From: an uncultured Pseudomonadota bacterium
GTDB taxonomy: Bacteria; Pseudomonadota; Gammaproteobacteria; Steroidobacterales; Steroidobacteraceae
Assembly (NCBI GenBank): GCA_963726045.1
Contig: CAVSAZ010000011.1
Location: forward strand, 402,252 to 466,251
Direction: 5' to 3'
DNA length: 64,000 nt
Shown here piece after piece: positions 11,231 through 21,400 of the stretch (position 1 is its first letter; each line of letters starts with the position of its first letter). The notes beneath the pieces were generated by a model. It saw only the letters and a program-made list of their open reading frames with translations, was not told the origin of the DNA and did no database searches. The translations under genes and the position numbers were made by a program.

Positions 11231-12100
11231 ATGCCGATGCTGCAGATCATCGGCTCCATAGTCGTGTTGGGATGCGTCGTCGGCGGATTCCTGTTCGACG
11301 GCGGCCACCTGCTGCTCCTCTGGCATCCGACCGAGGTGTTCATCATCTGCGGCGCCGCTTTCGGCGCCTTTCTGATCAGCAACCCTCTCAAGGTGGTCAA
11401 GAGCGCCTTCGCGGACGCGATCTCCCTGCCCAAGGGTCCGCGCTACAAGCGTCAGGATTACCTCACGCTGCTGAAGCTCCTGCACGATGTGCTGCAGAAG
11501 ATCCGCAAGGCGGGCCTGCTCGGCAATCGAAGCCGATATCGAGAAGCCGGCCGAGAGCACGCTCTTCAAGAAATATCCGACCATAGCTCGCCGACCATCA
11601 CCTGATGGAGTTCATCACCGACTGCCTGCGCCTCATGGCGGGCGGAAACATGAACCCGCACGAGCTCGAGAGCCTGCTCGAGTATGAGCTCGAGACGCAC
11701 CACCGGGATGCGCACGAGCCCGCTCACGCGGTGCAGAAAGTGGCCGATGCGCTGCCGGGATTCGGCATCGTCGCCGCGGTGCTCGGCATCGTCAACACGA
11801 TGGCTTCGCTCGATGGCGCCGACACCTCGACCATCGGCCGCAACGTGGCCTCGGCGCTCGTCGGCACCTTTCTCGGCATTCTGGTGTCATACGGCATCGT
11901 CGGGCCGATTTCTTCGGCCATGGAAGGATCGTGCCACGGAGGAAGGCAAGGCGTTCGAGCTCGTCAAGATGGCGCTGGTGGCCAACGTGCGCGGCTATCC
12001 TCCCGCGGTCGCGATCGAATTCGCGCGCAAGCTGCTGTTCGCCGACGTCCGCCCGTCGTTCGGTGATCTGGAGTCGCATCTGAAGGCGAAGGCGGCCTGA
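11231..12100 (+). CDS. motA: flagellar-type stator protein MotA, about three frame changes
   Basis: MPMLQIIGSIVVLGCVVGGFL... (ORF 11120), IEADIEKPAESTLFKKYPTIA (11487), FITDCLRLMAGGNMNPHELE...ALPGFGIVAAVLGIV...VGTFLGILVSYG (11605) and the C-terminus YPPAVAIEFARKLLF...RPSF (11684..12100) align collinearly with E. coli MotA. Confidence 0.8.
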
Positions 12101-12110
12101 CGGGCGCGCC

Positions 12111-13144
12111 ATGGCGGGGACATCCGAGGACAAGCGCCCGCTGATCATCGTCAAGCGCCCCAAGCGCGCCGCGGGCGGCTCATCACGGCGGCGCGTGGAA
12201 GATCGCCTACGCGGACTTCGTCACCGCGATGATGGCCTTCTTCCTGGTCATGTGGCTGGTGGCGGCCGTGTCGAAGCAGCAGCGTGCGGCAATCTTCGAG
12301 TACTTCAAGAATCCGAGCATGGAGCAGGGCAAGAGCGTCCATGCCGGCGCCGGGAATGAACGGGCCCGGCGGCGCGAGCCTGAGCCCGATCAACCTGGGC
12401 GGCGGTCTGGATGCGCCACGCACCACGTCCGCGAGCATCATCCCTCAGATCGGGACGGGGCCGCAGAGCGCGAGCACGCAAGCCCACAGCCTCGACACGG
12501 CAACCGCAGAGCGGCACGGAGCCCACGACCACTCACACCGGGCAGCCGATCTGCGCCCGAGGCCGAAGAGCACAAGCGGCTCGAGGCGCTGCGCGACCAG
12601 CTGCGCGAGGCGGTATCGCAAGAGCCAGGCGCTCAAGCCGTTCAAGGATCAGCTGCTGATCGACATCATGCCGGAAGGTCTGCGGGTGCAGATCGTCGAT
12701 GCCCAGAACCGCCCGATGTTCGACGTCGGCAGCGCCGCAGCTCAAGAGCTATACGATCACCATCCTGCGCGAGCTGGCGCCATACCTGGCGTCGGTCCCC
12801 AATCGCATCAGCATTACAGGTCACACGGACGCAACACCGTATCCGGGCACGCGCGGCTATACCAACTGGGAACTGTCGGCCGACCGGGCGAACGCCGCGC
12901 GGCGCATTCTGGTCGCATCGGGCTACCCCGAGGACAAGATCGGACGCGTCATCGGCCTCGCCCATTCGGAGCCCTGGGATCGCAAGCAGCCACTGAACCC
13001 GGTGAATCGCCGCATCAGCATCATCGTGATGACTCACGAGGTGGACGGCGGACCCGAAGGCCTCGGTCACGCCTCACCAGCGGCGCCACCGAATCAACCG
13101 GCCCAACCGCCCAAACCGTGCAATCGGCCGCAGCGCCCGGCTAG
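12111..13144 (+). CDS. motB: flagellar-type stator protein MotB (OmpA-like C-terminus), several frame changes; 3' end uncertain
   Basis: [18 protein letters not shown], then [21 protein letters not shown] (12229 frame), [28 protein letters not shown] (12284 frame), and [15 protein letters not shown]...[16 protein letters not shown]...NRRISIIV (12699 frame). Confidence 0.75.
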
Positions 13145-13175
13145 AGCGGTTGCCGCGGTCGCCGCCGCCCTCACC

Positions 13176-14379
13176 CTAGGCGTCTTTCCCGGCCGACAGC
13201 AGCTCGTTGATGAGCGACAGCAGCGTATTCGACCGGATCGGCTTGCTGGCGACACGCAGCCGGTCGGTGGCCGGCACGTCGCTGAGAGTCGAGGAGATGT
13301 CCCCGCTCGTGAGCACCGCCGGCAGGTCCTCGCCCGCAACCTGCCGCGCCGCGGCAATCACCTGGATCCCGGTCTCTCCCCGCTGCAGATGATAGTCGGC
13401 GATCACGAGATCGATCCGTGGATTCTCGCGCAACGCCTCGCGCGCTTCCGCGAGTGATGCGGCGCACCGCACCTCGAAACCCTCTCCTCGAAGCAACATC
13501 GCCGTCGCGTCGCGCACGCCCGTGTGGTCATCCACCAGCAGAATGCGGGCCGAACCGGTGTGCGCCTCCGACCGGTCCGCAGCGACAGCCTCGGCGGGCA
13601 GCCGTATCGAGAACGTGGCGCCGCGCGGGATGTTCGGGCGGTAGGCGAGGACGCCGCCATGGCTGCGCACGACGGTATGGCTGATCGCCAGACCGAGCCC
13701 GGTCCCTTCCGGTTTGGTGGAAAAAAAGGGATCGAACATCCGCTCGACGGTCTGGGGCGGCGAGGCCGGGCCCATTGTCGAGCACGGCGATCTCGGCTTC
13801 ACCGCCCGGGGCGAGTCCTGGTGCGCAGCAACAGCTCGCGCACCGGCACGCCCGCCACCGCGGGCGCCTCGAGGCCGTTGCGGACCAGATGCAGGATCAC
13901 ATGTTGGATCTGAGCCGTGTCGATGGAGACCGCCGGCAGGCCGGCGCGCGAGATCGAATCGCACCTGGGCGCGATGGACGCGCGCCGTCCGCCAGGATGA
14001 TGTCGCGGATGGCGTCGATCGTGGCGTTGAGATCCGCGCGCTCGCGGCGCATGGGCTGCGATTGGGCGAGGCCGCGCAGGCGACGCAGGATCTCGCCGGC
14101 GCGCACGGCCTGCGCCGCAATCTCCCGCATGGCGGTGCGCAGGTCATGGAGGTCGGGCTGCGGCCGGCTGAGCAGCCGCTCGCAGGCCTGCGCATAGTTG
14201 GCGATGGCGGTCAGCGGCTGATTGAGCTCGTGCGCGATACCGGTCGCCATCTCCCCGAGAGTGGCAAGGCGCGACACCTGCAGCATCCGTCCGGTCATTT
14301 CCGAGGATTCCCCGTCCCGGGGGGCCTCCGGGTTGGGAGGCAACCCGGGATCGGCGTGCAGGTCGCTGGAGCGCGTCAT
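13176..14379 (-). CDS. hybrid sensor histidine kinase (HisKA-HATPase-REC) with no recognisable input domain; frameshifted
   Basis: ATG 14379 (MTRSSDLHADPG...) is followed after only ~40 residues by the H-box GIAHELNQPLTAI (ORF 13897..14454). FDPFFSTKPEGTGLGLAIS and the receiver RILLVDDH...DLVIADYHL...KP lie in ORF 13176..14195. Confidence 0.75.
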
Positions 14380-14604
14380 GGGCGCATTATGCCCGCAAAT
14401 CAGCCACCAGCAAGAACTACTGCCAACGGCAATCGAAACGGTGCTCCGCGTCACACTGTTGCGCCCCCCGGCGCAGCTTGTGATGCAGGCACGCCGCCGT
14501 TGCGGTGACTACCGATTCGACCGTGCCCTGCCTCACCTAGATTGTTACCGAACGTACCTACAACTCGGAGACACAGCGTGGGAGCTCAGACCAACACCGC
14601 CAGG

Positions 14605-14622
14605 GACAGTGACAGTGACAGT
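14605..14622 (+). repeat. perfect hexanucleotide tandem repeat (GACAGT)x3
   Basis: Read directly as gacagtgacagtgacagt, ending 3 nt before ATG 14626 of the beta-propeller gene. It would encode DSDSDS if the longer ORF start at 14542 were used. Confidence 0.9.
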
Positions 14623-14625
14623 GGC

Positions 14626-15864
14626 ATGGCCGCCGCAGGCAGTTTTCGACTGCGGGCACTCATACCCGGCGTGATGCTCGTCACATTGCTGTGGCTGGCG
14701 GGAGCGACCGCCGCGCGCGCAACCGAGTGCAACCGGGCCATGGCGAGTCCGCTGGTGCATGTGATGCTGCCCGGATCGCCCTTCACGGCATTGCCGAGCG
14801 CCGACGGCTGCTGGCTGTTCGTATCGCTCACCCAGCCGCGTCCGGAAATAGCCGTGATCGCCAGAGGAAACGGCGGACTCACCCTGAAACGCATGGTGAG
14901 CCTGCCGGGATGGCCCATGGGAATGGTGCTGAGCCATGACGGCAAGGTACTTGTCGTTGCCGAGGGTGCCAATGTCGTGTTCCTCGATGTCGGGCAGCTG
15001 ACGACGGGCAACAACAACGCGATCCTCGGGTATTGGGGTATCCCGGGCCGCCGACCCCCGGGATGCGTTTACGTCAGCGTCACCGCCGACGACCGGTACG
15101 TCTTCGTGAGCAACGAAGCCGTCGGGACGATCAGTGTGATCGACCTGGCGCTGACGCGCCGTTCACGCTTCGCCCAGGTGCGGGTCATCGGTTCGATCGC
15201 GGCCGGCGTCGGACCTCTCGGAATCACGTTCTCGCCGGACAAGCGCTTTCTATATGCCACGGTGCTGACCGCGCAGGGCATCGGATGGAGCAATCGCTGC
15301 AGCCCCGAAAATGTGCCTACCGCCGCGCCGGATCACCCTGAAGGGGCGATCGTGGTGGTGGACATGAAGCTCGCGGTATCCGATCCCGCGAGGTCGGTGC
15401 TGAGGCGCGTGCCGGCCGGCTGCAGCCCCGCGCGCATCGTGGTGTCCAGCGAAACCGGCCGCGTGTATGTCACCGCCCGCGGCAGCAATGAGCTGCTGAC
15501 TTTCAGCGAGCATGAGCTGTCAGGTTCCGCGGCCGGTGCACACGGCGAGCGCATGGCCGTCGGCCAATCCCCGGTCGGCGTCGCGCTCGTGGACCAGGGT
15601 CGCAAGGTCGTGGTGGCGGGCTCGGATCGCTTTCATACGGGTGCAGCCGCACCGGCGCTGTACGTGATCGATGCGGCACGCGTCGGGGCTAACAGCCCGG
15701 CGGTGGGAAGCATCCCGAGCCAGGGGTTCCCCAGGGAGATCCGTGCGACGGCCGACGGCCGCACATTGTTGGTCACGAATTTCGATGGCGGCAGCCTGCA
15801 GATCGTCGACCTCGAGCGTGCGCTCTGGGCCCCCGCGCGCAAGCGGCATCGGCTGCACGCCTGA
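14626..15864 (+). CDS. exported YVTN/YncE-like beta-propeller repeat protein
   Basis: ORF 14542..15864 is intact. ATG 14626 gives MAAAGSFRLRALIPGVMLVTLLWLAGATAARA (signal peptide). Strand motifs recur: VLVVAEGANVVFLDV, RYVFVSNEAVGTISVIDL, RFLYATV, RVYVTARGSNELLTF, TLLVTNFDGGSLQIVDL. Confidence 0.65.
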   Translation: MAAAGSFRLRALIPGVMLVTLLWLAGATAARATECNRAMASPLVHVMLPGSPFTALPSADGCWLFVSLTQPRPEIAVIARGNGGLTLKRMVSLPGWPMGMVLSHDGKVLVVAEGANVVFLDVGQLTTGNNNAILGYWGIPGRRPPGCVYVSVTADDRYVFVSNEAVGTISVIDLALTRRSRFAQVRVIGSIAAGVGPLGITFSPDKRFLYATVLTAQGIGWSNRCSPENVPTAAPDHPEGAIVVVDMKLAVSDPARSVLRRVPAGCSPARIVVSSETGRVYVTARGSNELLTFSEHELSGSAAGAHGERMAVGQSPVGVALVDQGRKVVVAGSDRFHTGAAAPALYVIDAARVGANSPAVGSIPSQGFPREIRATADGRTLLVTNFDGGSLQIVDLERALWAPARKRHRLHA

Positions 15865-15885
15865 GTTGGATCCGGGGTGAGGCGC

Positions 15886-15951
15886 GCCTCCCGGACGCCG
15901 GCGGACGTGTCCGCGGACACTGCCGGACGGGCCGGGAGGCGCAGTCTCTTT
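15886..15951 (+). terminator. possible terminator / structured 3' region after the beta-propeller gene
   Basis: A 9-bp inverted repeat, gcctcccgg (15886-15894) and ccgggaggc (15932-15940), encloses the palindromes ggacgtgtcc and gtccgcggac. It is followed by agtctctttcg, which is only weakly U-rich. Confidence 0.25.
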
Positions 15952-16039
15952 CGTGAAAACAATGAGTTAGCACCGCAGGCCGGCTGGCATGTCGCTTGTA
16001 TTGTCCTCCTCGCAGGCACAACATCGAGGAGACCTCATC

Positions 16040-16312
16040 ATGAACAGCATTCACAAGGCAGCCGCTCTCGTCATCGCACTGACCATCACCCTCATGGGCG
16101 CGACACTCGCAACCGCACCCCTCGCCCTCGCCGGGTCGCAATCGTCGCTGCACATCATCAACCCGCCCTCGCCCCGCTCGTGGCGTGCAACACGTGCGCC
16201 GCTCCAACGCATTCAGAAAGACCGGGGACCGTCGGGGCATCAGCCCCCTGCCCTCACCCTGAACAGAATCCGATCCAGCCGTTGTCCGTTCGCATCCTCG
16301 AGGGTCAGATAG
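16040..16312 (+). CDS. candidate small secreted protein (mature part and stop unresolved)
   Basis: GAGGAG lies 7 nt upstream of ATG 16040. MNSIHKAAALVIALTITLMGATLATAPLALA is a textbook signal peptide. The downstream frame runs into the convergent pbpC 3' end, so a frame error or an earlier stop is likely. Confidence 0.3.
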   Translation: MNSIHKAAALVIALTITLMGATLATAPLALAGSQSSLHIINPPSPRSWRATRAPLQRIQKDRGPSGHQPPALTLNRIRSSRCPFASSRVR

Positions 16313-18416
16313 TACGCCCCGGGCCGGGGCTGCCACAGCCGTCGGGCAGCGCAGGGCCGAGCGGCCGATCGTTCAGCAGCAGCCTCATTCCGCGGCGCGC
16401 CCCACGAACGGCAATGAGCACTCTCTGATGACCTGCCGGAATGTCGGGATCGATGGCGATGATCATGCCATTGGCGGGACTTTCGATGCTCGGCCGAATC
16501 GTCGCGGGAACGACCGCCATTCCGTCCCTGCCCGGCATCGTGCCAGTCAGATACCACTCACGACGCGGCGGCTCGACCGGCGGCGAGAAACTCGTCAGGT
16601 CTGCCGTAACACCAGGCGGCGGTGCCGGCTCCTCCGACACGAGGCTGCCCTGAAGTGATGCCATGATGTCGTGCCAGATCGGAGCCGCACCCGAGACGCC
16701 GCTGACATCCCGCATGGAGTCGCCATCGTAGTTCCCAACCCACACCGCGACAGTGAACTGCCGCGAGAACCCGATGCACCAATTGTCGCGCATATCCTCG
16801 CTGGTGCCGGTCTTCACGGCGGTCCAGAAGTTGGTATCCAGGTGGCTGTCGAGTCCGAAAGTGACGCTGCGCGCCGCCGGATCACTCAGGATGTCACCCA
16901 CGACAAAGGTGGCATCGGATGCAAGCAGGGGTAGAGACAGGCCATGCGCATCCTCCGGCGTGAGGGTAATGGGTGACCATTCCCCACCCCGCGCCAGTGC
17001 CCGATAAGCCTGCGCCTGCTGCCATACGGTGACCTCGGCAGAGCCGAGCGCCAGTGAGTAGCCGTAGTAGTTACCGTCTCGCGTGATTCCCCGGTAGCCG
17101 AGCGCGTGCAGCCGGTCCCGGAAGACCTCCACACCGACGAGCACCAAGGTGCGGACCGCGGGCACGTTCAGCGAGCTCGCCAGTGCGGTGCGCGCGCTCA
17201 CCAGCCCCTTGAAGTCGTGGTCGTAGTCCTGCGGGATGTATACCCCGCTGACGGTGTCGAGACTGAGCGGCGAGTCGGCGAGGAGCGAGCCAGCGGTGAG
17301 ATATCGGCGCTCCAGAGCGAGCTCGTACAGAAATGGCTTCAGCGTCGATCCCGCCTGCCGCGGCGCCTGCACGCCATCCACCTCGGAGCCGCGAGAATCC
17401 GGCGCGGCCGAGCTGACGTAGGCCAACACCTCACCCGTCGCATTGTCGACCACCAGTGCGGCCCCGTCGCGCACGTTGTGATTCGACAGCGCGCTGATGT
17501 GGCTGCGCACTATATCCCGAGTCATGCGTTGCACCCTGGCGTCGAGACTGGTACGCAGCCGCTGTCCTGGAACCTCGAGCAACTCGCGAGCGAGTTGCGG
17601 CGCTAGGGAATCGCTGTCCATCGCCGCATTGGACGCAAGAATCTCCTGTGCGGCCAGCCGTACGGCGCCACACTCGACGGCAGGGTTGAGCTCGCGCCCG
17701 CGCGCGCATGCACGCGCAATTATTCTTTGAGGTGCGGCGCCGGGATCGGGCAGCAGCGCTGCCAGTACGACGCTCTCCGGGACCGACAGCCCGGACGGTG
17801 TTTTGCCGGCGAGTTGGGCCGCCGCGGCGCCGATCCCCTGAAGCTCCCCCTTGTAACCGAGGAGATTGAAATAGGCCTCGAGAATCTGGGGCTTCGTCCA
17901 CGATCGCTCCAGTGCCAGCGCCGCGCGTACCTGCCCGATCTTTCCACACCACTCGCCGAGCCCGCGCTCCGCCCTGCGTCCGCGCAGCAGCGTCGCGAGC
18001 TGCATCGTGATCGTGCTCGCCCCGCGCCGTTGATGACGAATCAGGCCATCGCGCACCGCTCCGGCAACGCTCCACCACTCAACGCCATGGTGGCGCCAGA
18101 AACGGCGATCCTCGCCCGCGACGATCGCGATCACGAGCGCCGGCGACACGTCGCCAAGCGGTACCCATTCGAGCCGGCGAACGTCATAGCGGATGCGCCT
18201 GGAGCCGATCACCGCGCCGTGACGATCCAGCAGCCATGCGTCCGATGGCACGTAGGCGGCCCGTACTGCGGCAAAGGCGGGCACTCGCACCGGCCAGAAT
18301 AGTGTGAACGCAAGCATCCCGACCGCCAGCGCGCCCACCGCGGCGGCCACAGTAAGGGCCGCGCGAACGGCGCTGCTGCGGCGATTGGCCCTGCCGGCTG
18401 GCGTGTCGGCGCTCAT
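16240..18416 (-). CDS. pbpC: penicillin-binding protein 1C (bifunctional transglycosylase/transpeptidase), frame change near 16330
   Basis: ORF 16305..18416 carries EDRRFWRHHGV and GASTITMQL (GT51), plus AGSTLKPF (SxxK), SLN and KTGTS. The C-terminal BiPBP_C-like tail YYLTLEDANGQRLDRILFRVRAGG is in frame 16240..16557. ATG 18416 overlaps the upstream TGA (ATGA). Confidence 0.85.
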
Positions 18417-21400
18417 CTGACTGCAACGCCCGGCAGCACGGTGACCGGCGCATTCGGCAGCTCGCCGAACATTTCCGGTGCATACATCGCCTCCACGCGT
18501 GTGGCCGGCAGTTGGAACGTCCCGGGGTTATCGAAGCGCACCGTGTATTCGACGCTCCAATGACCCTTGGGCATCAGCTCGTAATAGGCACGATAGCCGT
18601 CGAAGCGCCGCTCTTCGAAGGCCAGCCACGCCCAGCCGCCGCGCTGCTGCCCGCGTAGGAGAAGCTGCGACTGACCTCCGATCCCGCTGCCGAGGATGGT
18701 GGCTCCGGCGGGAATAGGGTCGTCGACCACCACCCAGGTCATATCCGACTGCGCCTCGAGCTCGAGATGCACTCGCGCGACATCGCCGCGCGTCCACACT
18801 CCGGGCCGGCTCTGCTCGATCGCAGTGACCGTGCGGTTGATCCTGAAACCGCTCGAAAGCGGCTGTCGCAGCGGGATCGCCGCCCGCGCCCGCACCATCA
18901 CCCACGGCGCACCAGCTACCCTGATGCTGGATGTCGAGAATCCCCTTGCCGTCCTGCCAGGCAAGATCGGTGATGGCCGCACTCTGCGGGCGTGGCCAAC
19001 TCAGTGCCTGCCGCTGCTCGCCGTAGCGCACGACCGTCGCGCCGGCGACCGGGGTCGACTCGAACTGCGCTGAGAATTTCTTCATGGCGAGCACACCCCA
19101 CGCGTTGGCGACCGTCGTGTTCCAATGCCCCCGCAGCTGCCGGCCGAGCGCTCCGCGCACCAGTCGCGGCATGTCATCACGCCACTCGGGACGATCGAGT
19201 GCCGCGAGCACCATGCGATTGGCGTTGGAATCCGTGGAAATCATGAGCCACCAGAGCGCATCGGTGCGCCCGGTCGAGAAGCCCATGGTGGTGCCCTGGA
19301 AGTTGAGCCGTGCCCGCAGGATCCTGAAGGCCTGTGACACCTTGTCCTCCGCCTGCGGCACGTCCGGGGTCCGCTCGAGAATACCGATCCAGTCAAGCAG
19401 CGCCGAAGTCGGCATGAGATTGGGCTCCAGCGTGATGCTGTCGAGCATGTCGGGCTCCGCGGCCCCATAGCGCGCGAGTGCAGCGATCGCCTGCAGCTTG
19501 CGAATCGAGAGGTCCGCCGTGGGCAGCGCCGAGTCGCGAACGATCCGACCCTGCACGAAGCGCCGCAGCGCCTGCAGCATGCGGGCGCGATCATCGGGCT
19601 GAATCGGCCAGCCCGCCTGCGATGCGATCGCGAGCACGTAGGCCGTCAGTCCATCGTCGCCCTCGAGCTCATCGGTCGGAAAATACTTCAGCAGCCCGTC
19701 CTCATCCATGTAGGCCGGCAATATCGCCATGATACCGTTCCATTCGGGTCGGGACTGGAGCGCGACGGCTTGCGAAACACGCTGCTCGAGACACGTGTAG
19801 GGGTAAGCGCTCATGTATTCGCGCACGCCCTCGAGGCTTCCCGCAAGCCGCGGCTGCAGCGTGATCTCGAGTCCGCCGCGGCCGACGATCGCATTGTGTG
19901 GACGCTGCACCGGGATGGCCAGTGGCGCGGTGAGCTGGGCAATCGTGGCCTGGTAGGTCCGCACCCGATATGCCGGGACGGCGCTCTCGCTGACCTTCAG
20001 GTGGTCATACCCCGAGCCCCGGGTCTCGCGCACGGTAACATCCCAGTCGACCCGCGCCGCCCCAACGGGTGCCGTCGCGGGCCATGTCAGATCGCGGACC
20101 TGACCGGCTGCAAGCCGCACTGCCTGCGGCTGCATGCTCCCGACCTCGGCGTTGCTGACGGCCGCGACTGTCGCATCGATCGCATGATCGGTCGTGTTGC
20201 GAACCGTGAAGGTCGCGGCGTAACGGTCTCCTTCGCGAACCAAAGGAGGCAGTCCCGAAGTGAGGATCAGATCCTGGGTGGTGTGAATCGTGGCGCTACC
20301 CGTACCGTAGAGCTGCGCGCCGTCGTCCGCGACCGCGACGATACGGAACGCCGACAGCGAGTCATTCAGGGGGATCGTGACACTGGCATTGCCGTGCGCA
20401 TCGAGCGGGATGCGGGCGTGCCAGGCGAGCAGGCTGTCGAATAGCTCGCGGGCCCGGCCCCAAGAGCGCGCGCGGCCGCCGCCGCCGCCGACCGGCACGG
20501 CCTTGCGGCCGTAATGCCGCTTGCCGACCACCTGCATCTGCGCCGTCGAGGTCCACACTTCGAGGTCTCTCTGACCCATCATCGCCTGCAGCAGCGCCCA
20601 GCTCTCATTCGACGAGAGATCGAGCAGCGCCTCGTCGACCGCCGCGACGGTGACTTCAGCGCCCGGCGGCAGCGGCTGACCATCCGCGCGACCAACGTGC
20701 AGGTGTACCGCGACTTTGTCGCGGACTTTGTAGACACTGCGGGCGGCCCGCACCTGCACGTCGAGTCGATGCGGCCTCCAGCCGACTCTGATCTGCGCAA
20801 TGCCGAGACGATAAGCGGGCTTCGTCAGATCCACCAGCGCTGTCACCTCCTCCTTCTGCGACCGAGCTATCGCGGGCTCGGTGTGCGCTACCCGGCCGCG
20901 CACGGCCAACACGGCAACGAAAACATTGGGCGCGTCCGCCGGCTCGATCGGCACTTCGATGATGGGGTCCTTGCCCCGCAACGTCGTGACGAAACTGCGC
21001 ATCACCCCTTCCCGCTCCACGGTCACGAGCGCTGTTGCCTTGCGGAATGGCATCCGTACCTGAAAGCGAGCGCTATCACCGGCCTCGTATTCCTTCTTCT
21101 CCGGCAAAACGTCCATGCGGTCACCGCTGGTACCTCCGAACCACCAGCCATCGCCGTCAAAGACCCACATCGAGGTCGTCGCTCCCGCGAGGTTGCCGTC
21201 AGGATCGCGTGTCTCGGCGCGCACGATGATCTGGCCCGAGCCACCGGGCGCGACGTCGCAGAGAAGTAGTCCCTGCGCATTGGTTTTACCGCGGCAGGCG
21301 GCCGCCAGCAGCTTCGTGTCGGTGATCGTCTCGTAGGCGTAGAAGCCACCGATCAGACGCTTCCGATAGGAGTAAGCGTTAGACTGATAGAGCGAAACGA

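Noticed and set aside
13176-14195. A 339-aa ORF taken at face value as the complete histidine kinase.
   Set aside because: Its N-terminal ~150 residues are out-of-frame nonsense. The real H-box region is in ORF 13897..14454, so the gene is longer (to 14379) and frameshifted.
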